Assembly (NCBI GenBank): GCA_019751815.1 | Contig: JAIEMW010000001.1 | Coordinates: 961,839 to 1,025,838 of the forward strand | Source: Cyanobacteriota bacterium | GTDB lineage: Bacteria; Cyanobacteriota; Vampirovibrionia; Vampirovibrionales; Vampirovibrionaceae | Direction of reading: 5' to 3' | Length of the DNA stretch: 64,000 nt | Part shown: positions 25,637 to 35,879 of the stretch, one piece after another | Layout: every line of letters starts with the position of its first letter | How positions within the stretch are numbered: the first letter of the stretch is position 1 | Made by a program: the position numbers and the translations under genes | Notes under the pieces: model-generated | The model's database searches: none | Seen by the model: only the letters and a program-made list of their open reading frames with translations | Told to the model about the DNA's origin: nothing

Positions 25637-28159
25637 GTGGTAATTTATACCGTGATATTTAAAACACAGTTTCAGCAAGCGCTGACAGTGCTTCAAGCCT
25701 ATTTCATCCCGCTTTTGAGCGGTCTACTTATCGCGGTTACTCTGGGTGGGGTCATTTTTTTCACGCCTTTAGGCAGTGGGATTAACGCCAGTCTTAACGC
25801 GGCTGAAAACGTCTTGCTTGATATGCGCTTAAGACTCAGGGCAAATCGTTTTGCCCCATCCTCCAACATTGTGCTGGTCACGATGGATCAAAAAACGGAG
25901 CAATACGGTCAGAATCACCCCGAAAGCGGGCTCGATAACGATTTTTTACCCCGCGATAAATTGGCAAAAATATTGGAATACATTGAGAAACAGCATCCCA
26001 AAGCCATTATTTTGGATATGTACTTAAAAGTACCACGCGATCCGGCTGGGGACCGGACACTGGCAGAAGTTTTGCACCGTCATCCCAATATCATTCTAAC
26101 AACGGCAACCACCTACTCATTCGAAACGTTTGCCAACAGATATAAAGCCCCCTTACAAGATGAGTTGGCTCTCTTTAGACAATACCTGGTACCTTTCGTC
26201 CTAGAGCACCGGCAGAGCTTAGAAGCCTGGGTGGCCCTGGATGGTTTTTTCCCGCTATTTTCGTCTAATCAACATTTGTATCAGGCCAGACAGCCCTTAC
26301 TATCAGAATGGCAATTACCCCCTATCAGCACAACACTGAATCAGCATCAATTAGCTGGCATTGTGAGTGTCCCAGGACGACGACCCAGATTGTATGACAG
26401 AGTCACTTCTGACACCCAGAAATACTGGCAACTGAGCGAGCAAGGTCTCTACCAAGACTGCGCCATACAAAATTATGACCTTGTTTATGATCACCAGCCT
26501 GAAATCCTCGCACAATTTTTACTGCATCAGCTTCCTCTGCACCTGGCCAGTCTCCCCAGCGCTAAAATGCAACTCGCTAACAGTTACTGTTATATGGCAC
26601 CCATTAAGCCTGGATTTATGGGCACCAATAGCACCATTGGGATTTCTAAAGTCAGCTACGACTCTCAAGACACCATTTTAAGACAAGTCCCCTTAATCTA
26701 CAGAGGCTATCAGGGTGCCTGGTTCCCCTATTTAGGGCTTACTCCCTTACTGACTAATGGGAATCGTCCCTCTGTCGTCTATCTCGGAGATTTTCTGCAA
26801 ATTAATCAACAAAAACTGCCTTTGCTGAATGGGTCTGACCTGATGGTCAATTGGCGAAACCCTTCTCTGCTCGTTCAAAAAATGTTTCTAGAACAAGGCA
26901 AAAAGGCCTCTCAAGATGATTTAAAACAATCCTTTGATTATTTGGGAGGGGGGTTTTTATACCGACATGTTCCCGCTGTTGATCTGCTGAATCAAATCGA
27001 GCCATTGCCCTCGCCCGACAGTAACATCGGAGCCCATCAATATCATTTATTTAATCAACCCAAGTCAGGGATTTTTTCGTTTAAAGACAAAGTGGTCATT
27101 TACGGGGAAAGTTTGAAAGACTTACACCCAACCCCTATCAATGAAGCACTTCCAGGCTCTGAAATTGTGGCTTGTGTGGTCGATATGGTGATGAACGATC
27201 ACCAATTTATTACCCCCCTTAGTCTGCCCAAAACACTCATTTGGGTTTTCACATGGTCACTCATCATTTTACTCTGTATCCTTCGGATTCCCCGTGTTTC
27301 CGTCGGTTACAGCATCGTGTTTGGCATTTTGGTTTTATTCACGACATTAAACTTTTATCTTTTTACCAATCAAGGATTATGGGTCCCGCTGGTTGGGCCT
27401 CTGTTGTGGATGGTTGGCTTAATTTTGCTGACCAGCCTGATGAAGTATGCGCTCCAGGATAAAGACAAGCGGGAACTCACCCAGGTGTTTTCAAAATATG
27501 TGTCTCCCCAAGTAATGGAAACCATTATTGCTGATCCGGGTAAGGCCTTGGAAACCTTGAAGGGAAGCAAGCAGGAACTCACTGTCTTATTTTCTGATAT
27601 CCGAAATTTTACCTCCACCTTTGAGACTGAAGACCCCGAAGTAATGGTGGAACAACTCAATGAATTTTTTGAGGTGATGACACAGATTGTATTGAAACAC
27701 GGGGGCACCCACGATAAATATATGGGCGATGCGATTATGGCATTTTTTGGGGCCCCGCTTCCCTTAGATAACCATGCGCTTTCTGCAGCCAAGTCCGCAT
27801 TAGAGATGATTGAAGCCCAAGAGATACTCAATGATAAATGGCGAAAAATGGGGAAATTAGAAATTCGCCAAGATATCGGGCTGAGTTCTGGCATGATGTA
27901 TGTGGGCAATTTTGGGTCAGAACTTCAAAAAAATTATACGGTGATGGGCAGTACGGTGAATTTAGGCGCGCGTCTGGTAGCATTGGCCCATCAAAACATG
28001 GCTCAAATTATTTTAAACCAACGCGCTGCCGATTTAATTGCTAATTTAGCTGAAATTACCCCTCTGCCACCCGTCATGGTCAAAGGCTTTCGAGAGCCGG
28101 TTTCTGCCTATTTGCTCCACGCATTAAAAAAGACAAAAAATATACGAGATGCCCGTTAA
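25637..28159 (+). CDS. CHASE2-domain adenylate/guanylate cyclase
   Basis: CHASE2-like N-terminus (PRDKLA..ILD..GDRTLA), three TM helices, class III cyclase motifs FSDIRNFT, DKYMGDAIMA and YTVMGSTVN. Confidence 0.92.
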   Translation: MVIYTVIFKTQFQQALTVLQAYFIPLLSGLLIAVTLGGVIFFTPLGSGINASLNAAENVLLDMRLRLRANRFAPSSNIVLVTMDQKTEQYGQNHPESGLDNDFLPRDKLAKILEYIEKQHPKAIILDMYLKVPRDPAGDRTLAEVLHRHPNIILTTATTYSFETFANRYKAPLQDELALFRQYLVPFVLEHRQSLEAWVALDGFFPLFSSNQHLYQARQPLLSEWQLPPISTTLNQHQLAGIVSVPGRRPRLYDRVTSDTQKYWQLSEQGLYQDCAIQNYDLVYDHQPEILAQFLLHQLPLHLASLPSAKMQLANSYCYMAPIKPGFMGTNSTIGISKVSYDSQDTILRQVPLIYRGYQGAWFPYLGLTPLLTNGNRPSVVYLGDFLQINQQKLPLLNGSDLMVNWRNPSLLVQKMFLEQGKKASQDDLKQSFDYLGGGFLYRHVPAVDLLNQIEPLPSPDSNIGAHQYHLFNQPKSGIFSFKDKVVIYGESLKDLHPTPINEALPGSEIVACVVDMVMNDHQFITPLSLPKTLIWVFTWSLIILLCILRIPRVSVGYSIVFGILVLFTTLNFYLFTNQGLWVPLVGPLLWMVGLILLTSLMKYALQDKDKRELTQVFSKYVSPQVMETIIADPGKALETLKGSKQELTVLFSDIRNFTSTFETEDPEVMVEQLNEFFEVMTQIVLKHGGTHDKYMGDAIMAFFGAPLPLDNHALSAAKSALEMIEAQEILNDKWRKMGKLEIRQDIGLSSGMMYVGNFGSELQKNYTVMGSTVNLGARLVALAHQNMAQIILNQRAADLIANLAEITPLPPVMVKGFREPVSAYLLHALKKTKNIRDAR

Positions 28160-28171
28160 TTCGTTTGTTCT

Positions 28172-28447
28172 TTAACGCATTAAATCTTTCAATATCCATT
28201 TTGCCTGAATACTACAGCAGAGCTGCTCTAACGGCCTACAATACTCTTGGTATTGCGTTGCATTACTTTCAAACTGAAGTGCCAGAATTTGCCCTTCCGT
28301 TACACTGGTATTCAGCTGAATATGCCGAATGGCAATCTGAGATGATTCAAATACAGCAAAGAGTTCAGCCAGCCACTCACTAGAAAACATGAACGCGGTG
28401 GCCTGAAAATGGTAACGCGTCATGCTGTCATTTGGAGCCAGATTCAC
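28172..28447 (-). CDS. Hypothetical small protein (possibly ACT-like fold)
   Basis: 91-aa ORF co-directional with upstream genes; beta-alpha-beta-beta-alpha-beta-like pattern. Confidence 0.4.
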   Translation of the reverse strand: MNLAPNDSMTRYHFQATAFMFSSEWLAELFAVFESSQIAIRHIQLNTSVTEGQILALQFESNATQYQEYCRPLEQLCCSIQAKWILKDLMR

Positions 28448-28484
28448 GTGATAGCCTTCACTCTAAGCCTATAACAAGCCCAAA

Positions 28485-29546
28485 CTATTCTGTCAGTTGT
28501 AGCTTTTGTGTAAACCCAATTTCTTGCAGCAATTCATAAGCTTTGACCCCAATTTCACTGCGAGGCTGAGATTTAATCACTTCAGTCAACTCTTTGACCG
28601 CTTTTTTATATTCATTATCCGCCATCAAAATTTTTCCCATTTGGAAAAAAGATTTATCTCGCAGCATCGCAAACGAAAGAGCCAACTGCTTTTCGAGTTC
28701 TGCCTGGGCTCGGGCTGAGGAAATATTGGTAAGTGATTTGTATAAGCTTAAATGCGCTTCTGTTGCTTCCACCAGCCATTGTTTCAGGGGAATCAACATC
28801 ACTTTGGCAGTACCGTACTCTTTTTTATCAATCAGAAGGGCGGTTTCATTAATTCGATTTTCTGCCGCAACCAAGCCTAAAGGATTATTTGGATCATCGA
28901 GTGTGACCAATTTTTTGGGAGGATTTACCCGACTAATTTCTGGCTCTGCAACTTTGGGGTTAGTCAGTTCGGGTTGAGTCAGAAGTGGCGGGCGTTTATA
29001 AACCGGCTTCTCCACAGGAGATTGCTGTCGCGGCTGAACGGGTGCCTGTGCTGGGGCCTGAACGGGTACTTGTACCTGCTGTGGGGGTTCTGCAGCATTT
29101 GAAGGGATTTCTGGCTGAGGACTCACCGCTGTGTCTGAATTAACCGGCATTGCGGGGGCTGTATTGGCATTTAAACTTTGCTCACCGGCGTTTGTTTCGT
29201 GGGGAGCTTGATTGTCTGAATTCGTTTCATCTACCGGCAGTGCAACAGAAGGCAGTTGAATGGGTTTGGGCCTCTCAGGCATTTGAGGGCCTCTCGGGGC
29301 TAAAAAATTTAAGTCCCGAGACGGGGCTGCTTTTTTCTTTTCAGCATCCGGACTATTTTCTTTTTTAAAGATGTTCATGAACGTCTGTTTCATTTTATCC
29401 ATGCGCACATCGGGTTGCTGCACTCGGGGAGAGGGCGGACCCACCTCTTGTCCAAAGCAGAAGGAGGAAAAAACGAGATTCAGAAAGAGACTCAGCGTGA
29501 AACACACTGAAACGATTGAAAGAGAGAAAACAGACAGTTTTTTCAT
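28485..29546 (-). CDS. Exported Pro-rich protein with C-terminal TPR-like helices
   Basis: Signal peptide, P/Q-rich linker, helical TPR-like C-terminus. Confidence 0.75.
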   Translation of the reverse strand: MKKLSVFSLSIVSVCFTLSLFLNLVFSSFCFGQEVGPPSPRVQQPDVRMDKMKQTFMNIFKKENSPDAEKKKAAPSRDLNFLAPRGPQMPERPKPIQLPSVALPVDETNSDNQAPHETNAGEQSLNANTAPAMPVNSDTAVSPQPEIPSNAAEPPQQVQVPVQAPAQAPVQPRQQSPVEKPVYKRPPLLTQPELTNPKVAEPEISRVNPPKKLVTLDDPNNPLGLVAAENRINETALLIDKKEYGTAKVMLIPLKQWLVEATEAHLSLYKSLTNISSARAQAELEKQLALSFAMLRDKSFFQMGKILMADNEYKKAVKELTEVIKSQPRSEIGVKAYELLQEIGFTQKLQLTE

Positions 29547-29554
29547 GTGGTTAA

Positions 29555-30937
29555 TTACCCTCTGGCGGCTTGAAAGTCATCGCCCAATTGCAACGTGTAA
29601 TCTTCGGAACCACTACAAGCATTGGATTCATACGTGGTGCCAATGGGGGCATAAATAATGCGGGCTTGATCCAACCCCGGGTAGGTTCCTCGCAGCTTGT
29701 ATGTAGAACGGTCAGTCACCAAAGTTGTATGCTCAATCAGTTGTGTGGCCGTATTATTTTTCTTTAGCTTGCAGACTACCTCAAAACCCATTTTGGTCAT
29801 TGCCTGTTCCATAGCAGGAACCTTGGTTTCTTGATTGGCGGTGAAGAAAATACCCACCCGTAAGGGCCGAATTTGATCCACAGAGCGTTCTGCAGCCATG
29901 GGATTATCAAGAATTAATCTGTCCAGTACTTGTTCAGCTGCAGGGGGATCCACCAGCCAGTAACTAATGGGGCCGCCGGACGGGCGCCCGGGCAAAGTGG
30001 CGACACGCACATTTTTCCAGTCTAAATCTTTAGCAAACCAGGCCAGTTGCATCATTTCATTCATCGAAAGGTCTGTTAGCACATAGCGAGACCCCGTTTC
30101 AACCAGGCTGGGAATCCGAGTGAGGGTCCAGGGGTCTTTGAGTTTTTGAGCAACCGCACTGAGGAATCTCTGTTGCCGGCGTATACGGCCAATGTCGCCC
30201 AGAGCATCGTGACGGAAGCGGACAAAGCCTTCGGCCATCTTACCGTCCATCTCGTGATACCCACGGGTAAAGTTGATATGCAGTTTTGCCGTGTTATCGT
30301 CGTATTTCATTGGCTTTTCGACATAGACAGTCACCCCGCCCAGGGCGTCAACCATCTGACGAACCCCACGTGGGTCAATCACAATAAAATTATCGACAGG
30401 AATACCAAAGGTTTCTTTCACCGTTCTCACCGTTAAATCAGAACCACCCAAAGCAAAGGCCGAATTAATCTTATCAATCCCCATCTCATTGGCAATATAC
30501 ACCTTACTGTCTCGCGGAATTGAAACCATCGAAATCGATTTAAGGTTGGGATTTATCCGGACGAGCATCATCGAATCGGTTCGGCTACCCTTGAAGGGGT
30601 CAGGTCCGGGTTTCCCAGAAGCCATGTCATAACTGACATCCACCCCCATCACCAGCAGTACTTTATCACCAGGGGCACCGGGAGAATTAAACCCTGCGGG
30701 ACCGCCCCCGCCTGGAACAGGAATACTCAGACTAGAACCGCCCAGAAAGAGCCAAGCCGAACCGCCCAATACAGCCACCACAATCAATAGACATATCCCC
30801 AACGTAATAAATAATCGTTTTCTGGGACGAGAAAGTCTTCTGGGTGGTGGGGTTTCTACGTAGCCCAGAGGGTCTTGGCTACGAGCAGCACCAAACATCG
30901 TCAATAGGGTAAAAATGGGTATCAGGGGTGAAGGCAC
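29555..30937 (-). CDS. LCP (LytR-CpsA-Psr) family protein
   Basis: LLVMGVD, RTDSMML, SIPRD, KINSAF and RFRHDALGDIGRIRRQQ motifs. Confidence 0.93.
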   Translation of the reverse strand: MPSPLIPIFTLLTMFGAARSQDPLGYVETPPPRRLSRPRKRLFITLGICLLIVVAVLGGSAWLFLGGSSLSIPVPGGGGPAGFNSPGAPGDKVLLVMGVDVSYDMASGKPGPDPFKGSRTDSMMLVRINPNLKSISMVSIPRDSKVYIANEMGIDKINSAFALGGSDLTVRTVKETFGIPVDNFIVIDPRGVRQMVDALGGVTVYVEKPMKYDDNTAKLHINFTRGYHEMDGKMAEGFVRFRHDALGDIGRIRRQQRFLSAVAQKLKDPWTLTRIPSLVETGSRYVLTDLSMNEMMQLAWFAKDLDWKNVRVATLPGRPSGGPISYWLVDPPAAEQVLDRLILDNPMAAERSVDQIRPLRVGIFFTANQETKVPAMEQAMTKMGFEVVCKLKKNNTATQLIEHTTLVTDRSTYKLRGTYPGLDQARIIYAPIGTTYESNACSGSEDYTLQLGDDFQAARG

Positions 30938-31069
30938 GTCAGGGCGTTTCTTATACTAACAGGGGTAAAAAGATTCGCCCTATTATGACCCAGCCCCAGG
31001 GGACATGCAATGGGGCAAGTTTGTCAGCAAGGTTATTCGACAGGAAAGCGCCGAGATTATGGACCGAAG

Positions 31070-31531
31070 TTAGGGGTTGTATTGCTTGCCGTCAAAGCGC
31101 CAAACGTGCTGGCCATTTGCCACCAGGTTAGGAACCCCTTTATGCTCGCCTTTACCCACAGCCAGACCTTGAACATTGGCATCAAACACTTTACGCCAGA
31201 TTTTCTTGTCTTTACCTTCTGCAAGATAGACCAAGGTAAGGCATCCCGATGATCCACAGTAGTTGGTGTTATTCAACTGAACAGCCCAGGCTTTTTTCTG
31301 GGTTTTTTCGGCCAAAGGGAGGGCTTTCACCTTCACCTCAGTTGTGGAAAAAGGGATTGTGTTCTCCCGCTTAATCTGGGTCAGAATTTCTGAAGGGAAA
31401 GGCGCGCTGGAGATATTCTGAAACCGAATATCTTGAGCCGCCAGCACCGTGCAATTGGCTGTGGTGAGCATGAGAGAAAATACTATCCACTGTGCAGACA
31501 GAAATTTATTGATTAATTGACGAGATGGCAT
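31070..31531 (-). CDS. Hypothetical secreted protein (CGSSGC motif)
   Basis: Signal peptide; YCGSSGC and WRFDGKQY motifs. Confidence 0.7.
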   Translation of the reverse strand: MPSRQLINKFLSAQWIVFSLMLTTANCTVLAAQDIRFQNISSAPFPSEILTQIKRENTIPFSTTEVKVKALPLAEKTQKKAWAVQLNNTNYCGSSGCLTLVYLAEGKDKKIWRKVFDANVQGLAVGKGEHKGVPNLVANGQHVWRFDGKQYNP

Positions 31532-31558
31532 CCATTTTTCCTCCAGATAAAAAAGCGA

Positions 31559-31634
31559 TGGAGCGGGCGACGAGGCTCGAACTCGCGACCCTCAGCTTGG
31601 GAAGCTGATGCTCTACCAACTGAGCTACACCCGC
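31559..31634 (-). tRNA. tRNA-Gly(CCC)
   Basis: Reverse complement reads GCGGGTGTAGCTCAG...TCAGC-TT-CCC-AA-GCTGA...GTTCGAG...CGCTCCA. Confidence 0.96.
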
Positions 31635-31733
31635 AATCTTTAGAGTATCGAACCTGATATTATGTCCATGAGGCCAGTGCCTCGTCAAGAATCGAGTCGC
31701 CCCATCTATCAACTGAAAAAACACTGAGTACCC

Positions 31734-32735
31734 ATGACAGAGAACCAGACAATGAGCCAATTCGGGTTTCTGACAGACCCGCTTGCACTTTCTGTGCTCA
31801 ATGTCTACAAACCAGTTGGACCCACCAGCCACGATATGGTCTCGTTACTGAGACACAAACTGGGCGTTAAAAAAAATGGGCCTGTTAAAATTGGCCATAT
31901 GGGGACACTAGACCCCTTTGCCGAAGGTGTTTTACCCATTGCCATTGGCCATACAACCCGCCTGATAGAATACTTCGCCACGGATAAAGCGTACCAAACA
32001 GTAATAGTCTTTGGTAAAACAACCAACACACTGGACTGTACAGGGGAATTGACTGAGCAAAGCCCTTGCCCGCAGTTGACGGCCGACAGTGTCGAGGCTG
32101 TCCTTCCTGAATTTACGGGAACGATTCGCCAAGAGGTCCCGCAACATGCTGCGGTCAAAGTGGACGGTAAAAAACTGTACGAATTTGCACACAAGGGGAT
32201 TGAGGTCGCGGCCCCTGTCAAAACAGTCACCATCCATTCAATCTCTCTGTCTCAATGGGATACTCTCACAGAACCCGGTTTCCCGCGCTGCACACTGACA
32301 GTTGAGTGTGGCTCAGGCACGTATATCCGAGCATTAGCAAGAGATTTAGGCAGACGACTCCGAACCGTAGCACACCTCACCCAACTCATTCGCGTCAGAC
32401 ACGGGTCATTTAGTCTAGATAAAAGCATTCGGCTCTCACCAGAGAGAGCACTTGAGCCGGCACTTGTCTCTCAATTAGAGTCCCCATTGACGTATCTTCC
32501 CCTGCCGCAAATCACGGTTTCATCTTTAGAGGATATTGAGGCACTGCGGCATGGAAGAAGTCTTAATTTTGGAAGAAGTCTTAATTTTGAGAGAAATCAA
32601 TTTGACGATGGCCCGGTCCTGCTGGTAAGTCTGCCACAACAAATCTCTGAGCAAGATAGTTCACAGCCTTTCCTGTTGGCCGTCGCACAAATCACCCCTG
32701 AAGGACGCTTGGCGCCAATCAAAGTATTTTTATAA
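31734..32735 (+). CDS. truB: tRNA pseudouridine(55) synthase
   Basis: KPVGPTSHD, GHMGTLDPFAEGVL, AVKVDGKKLY and CGSGTYIRAL motifs. Confidence 0.96.
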   Translation: MTENQTMSQFGFLTDPLALSVLNVYKPVGPTSHDMVSLLRHKLGVKKNGPVKIGHMGTLDPFAEGVLPIAIGHTTRLIEYFATDKAYQTVIVFGKTTNTLDCTGELTEQSPCPQLTADSVEAVLPEFTGTIRQEVPQHAAVKVDGKKLYEFAHKGIEVAAPVKTVTIHSISLSQWDTLTEPGFPRCTLTVECGSGTYIRALARDLGRRLRTVAHLTQLIRVRHGSFSLDKSIRLSPERALEPALVSQLESPLTYLPLPQITVSSLEDIEALRHGRSLNFGRSLNFERNQFDDGPVLLVSLPQQISEQDSSQPFLLAVAQITPEGRLAPIKVFL

Positions 32736-32782
32736 CGATATAATAAACTTGGTAGTATCCGCATTGAGGCAGCCCCGGTTTT

Positions 32783-33856
32783 ATGTCGATTCCCTCCACC
32801 ATTTTGCAGCGGACTTTAGTCGCGATTCCCACCCTGCTTATCATCTCTATGTTGGGATTTACGCTGATGCGGTTTCAATTTTCCATTGGGCCTGTTTTGT
32901 TACCCATTGGCCCAAACGCCCAATGGGTCACTGTTATTGAAAAGCAAACGTTTAAAAATCCAATCGATCCGCTGGCCAGTCTAAAATACAATCCCCAAAT
33001 TTCAAAAGCGGCGTTAGAGGCTGAAGAAAAGCGCCTTGGGCTCGATCAACCTCTCTGGATACAATACACTCGGTGGTTATCTCACCTCCTTCAATTTCAG
33101 GATGGTTTTTTCAAACCCGATTTAGGAAAAACCCACGAAGGTGAAGACGTCGCCTGGATTTTAGCCACTCGTGCTGGCAATAGTCTGATGTTAAATGTCC
33201 TCAGCATGATGTTAACCTGGCTAATTGCATTGCCTTTGGGTATTTTTGCAGCCCTTCGTTGGCGTTCTCATCTGGACAGAGCACTCACTGCTTTTTCCGC
33301 CATTGGGATGGCCATGCCTAGTTTTGTGATGGCGTTACTACTGGCCGTTTTTGCTGTAAAAACTGGTTGGTTCCCCTTAGGCGGACTGAGAAGTGAGGGC
33401 TATGCGCAATTTCCTTGGTGGCAGCAGCTGCTTGATGTCCTATGGCACCTGGCCCTGCCAACATTCATTTTGACCGTTCTCAGCATCGCCAGCCTGCAAC
33501 GACAAATGCGCGGTAACTTACTGGACGTTCTTCAGGCGGAATATGTTCGAGCGGCCAGAGCCAGAGGGCTCCCTGAAAATGTTGTCATCTACAAACACGC
33601 GGTCAGAACGGCCATTAATCCCTTGGTCACGCTGTTGGGTTTTGAACTCGCGGGTCTTCTCAGTGGTTCTGTCTTGGTGGAGATTGTTTTGGGCTACCCA
33701 GGGCTTGGGGTCTTAATCTATTCTGCGGTGCAAAAAGCAGATACCAATCTGGTGATGGCCTCATTGCTTATGTCCAGCGTGATGCTGGTGTTTGGCAACC
33801 TGATGGCGGATATCCTGTTAACGCTAGTAGACCCGCGCATTGAGCTAGAGAATTGA
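32783..33856 (+). CDS. Peptide ABC transporter permease (OppB/DppB type)
   Basis: LGLDQP, EYVRAARARGL, YPGLG and DPRI motifs. Confidence 0.92.
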   Translation: MSIPSTILQRTLVAIPTLLIISMLGFTLMRFQFSIGPVLLPIGPNAQWVTVIEKQTFKNPIDPLASLKYNPQISKAALEAEEKRLGLDQPLWIQYTRWLSHLLQFQDGFFKPDLGKTHEGEDVAWILATRAGNSLMLNVLSMMLTWLIALPLGIFAALRWRSHLDRALTAFSAIGMAMPSFVMALLLAVFAVKTGWFPLGGLRSEGYAQFPWWQQLLDVLWHLALPTFILTVLSIASLQRQMRGNLLDVLQAEYVRAARARGLPENVVIYKHAVRTAINPLVTLLGFELAGLLSGSVLVEIVLGYPGLGVLIYSAVQKADTNLVMASLLMSSVMLVFGNLMADILLTLVDPRIELEN

Positions 33857-33881
33857 GCCTGATTATGAGCCTAAAAATCCG

Positions 33882-34964
33882 ATGACGATTAAAGCCATAT
33901 TAATGCAACTGCTGAAAGACCGTGCTGCGGTAATTGCCAGTGTTATTTTGGTCCTTCTTTACGGGGCAATTGCGCTGGCTGATTTTATCAGTCCCTATTC
34001 AGAGCAGTGGAGTGAACGTGCTATTGCCAACGCCCCACCGACAGGCATCTATATGATTGACGCCAACACACAGCAATTAACATGGCCTTATGTCTTTCGA
34101 TACACCCGTGCATTCAATCCCGAATCATTCTCCTACGAGTTTCAACCCGATCTCACCCAGACTTATCCCATCAAGTTCCTGGTTCACGGGGAAACCTACC
34201 ACTTCTGGGGACTCATCCCCAGTGATATCCACCTGTTTGGCGTTGATGCACCCGGAAAAATTGGGCTCTTGGGTTTTGATATGAACGGGCGGGATAACTT
34301 TTCTCGGCTATTGTTCGGCGGGCAAGTCTCTATGACGATAGGCTTTTTAGGATTATTCATCGCCATCCCCATCGGGCTGCTCTACGGGGGAATTTCTGGC
34401 TATATTGGCGGTTTGATCGACGGACTAATGATGCGCTTTGCAGAAATTATGATGAGCATTCCCCAGTTTTATCTGCTGATTAGCCTTGCTGCGATTCTAC
34501 CAGCGGATATTCCCAGTAGTATTCGCTTCTCTCTGGTGGTTGTGATTTTAGCCTTTATTGGTTGGGCTGGGTTAAGTCGGGTGATTCGCGGGATGGTTCT
34601 GTCGATCAAGAGTCAAGAATTTATCGAAGCCGAACGGGCTCTGGGGCTCGACAGTTTCAGAATAATCACCAGGCATTTACTGCCGCAAACAGCCAGCTAT
34701 GTAATTATTGCGGTTACGCTAGGGGTTCCTGGTTATATATTGGCAGAATCGGGCCTCAGCTTTTTGGGGCTCGGCATTCAACAGCCCGATGCGAGCTGGG
34801 GTAATATGCTGAAAGAGGCGCAAGACATCACCAATATCATCAGCCGCCCCTGGATGTTAACGCCGGGACTTCTGATTTTTCTCGCGGTTCTCTCCTTTAA
34901 CGTGATTGGGGATGCACTTCGCGATATTTTAGACCCGAAAAGCGCACACAGGCAGGCTTCTTAA
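33882..34964 (+). CDS. Peptide ABC transporter permease (OppC/DppC type)
   Basis: GRDNFSRLLFG, EFIEAERALG, LSFLGLG, SWGNML and GDALRDILDP motifs. Confidence 0.92.
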   Translation: MTIKAILMQLLKDRAAVIASVILVLLYGAIALADFISPYSEQWSERAIANAPPTGIYMIDANTQQLTWPYVFRYTRAFNPESFSYEFQPDLTQTYPIKFLVHGETYHFWGLIPSDIHLFGVDAPGKIGLLGFDMNGRDNFSRLLFGGQVSMTIGFLGLFIAIPIGLLYGGISGYIGGLIDGLMMRFAEIMMSIPQFYLLISLAAILPADIPSSIRFSLVVVILAFIGWAGLSRVIRGMVLSIKSQEFIEAERALGLDSFRIITRHLLPQTASYVIIAVTLGVPGYILAESGLSFLGLGIQQPDASWGNMLKEAQDITNIISRPWMLTPGLLIFLAVLSFNVIGDALRDILDPKSAHRQAS

Positions 34965-35036
34965 GGGAAATACCAAAAACCGGAAAACAAAAAATAGACT
35001 GGCATTTCACTGTCTTTATGGCATTCTATTTCTGCT

Positions 35037-35876
35037 ATGAGCACATCATCCTATTTATACCAGCGCCCTGCAGGAACAACCCAACTGAACGAAACCACCC
35101 AGGTTCGTATCGCATCAGACATTGTGATTGGTGGTGATGCGGTTGTGATGATGGCAGGTCCTTGTGCGGTGGAATCTGAAGCACAACTCGAAGCGGTGGC
35201 GCAGACTTTGGTTTCCGTCGGGATTCGCTGCATGCGTGCAGGGGCGTATAAGCCCAGGACATCCCCCTATAGTTTTCAAGGCTTGCGAGAAGAAGGCCTG
35301 AAAATGCTGGGGAACATAAAAGCCAAATACCCCTTGGCCATTGTCACAGAGGTTCTGAGTGTCGACCAACTCGATGCCGTTGCCGCAGTGGCCGATTGTC
35401 TCCAAATAGGGTCGCGCAATATGCATAATTTTGAGCTGCTGAAAGCCGTAGGAAGTGTCCAGAAGCCTGTGTTATTAAAACGAGGACTGGCGGCAACGCT
35501 TGAAGAATTTCTCTTTGCGGCGGAATATATCCTGAAAGCCGGCAACCCCAATGTGATTTTATGCGAGCGGGGAGTCCGTAGTTTTGATCCCTGGACTCGA
35601 AATCTTCTTGATCTTGCCTCTGTGCCTTTGCTGAAAGAGATGACCCATCTCCCCGTGATTGTTGACCCCAGCCACTCAACCGGTAAGCGCTCTTTGGTAG
35701 TGCCTGCCAGTCGGGCTGCGGTGGCCATTGGTTGTGATGGATTGTTGATAGAATCCCACCCAACGCCTGATAAAGCCCTGTGTGATGCGGCTCAAGCCTT
35801 GCCCTTGGATGTCTTAACGTCGCTACTGCCCAGCCTCAATACGGTCGCTAGTGCCATTGGCAGAAGCATGTCCTAA
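35037..35876 (+). CDS. aroF: DAHP synthase type I-beta (catalytic domain only)
   Basis: AGPCAVES, KPRTSPYSFQG, LKRG, CERG and DPSH motifs. Confidence 0.93.
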   Translation: MSTSSYLYQRPAGTTQLNETTQVRIASDIVIGGDAVVMMAGPCAVESEAQLEAVAQTLVSVGIRCMRAGAYKPRTSPYSFQGLREEGLKMLGNIKAKYPLAIVTEVLSVDQLDAVAAVADCLQIGSRNMHNFELLKAVGSVQKPVLLKRGLAATLEEFLFAAEYILKAGNPNVILCERGVRSFDPWTRNLLDLASVPLLKEMTHLPVIVDPSHSTGKRSLVVPASRAAVAIGCDGLLIESHPTPDKALCDAAQALPLDVLTSLLPSLNTVASAIGRSMS

Positions 35877-35879
35877 GAT

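Noticed and set aside
25409-25696. 95-aa minus-strand ORF with one hydrophobic stretch
   Set aside because: It overlaps both neighbours and occupies the divergent promoter region. It cannot be supported without homology data.
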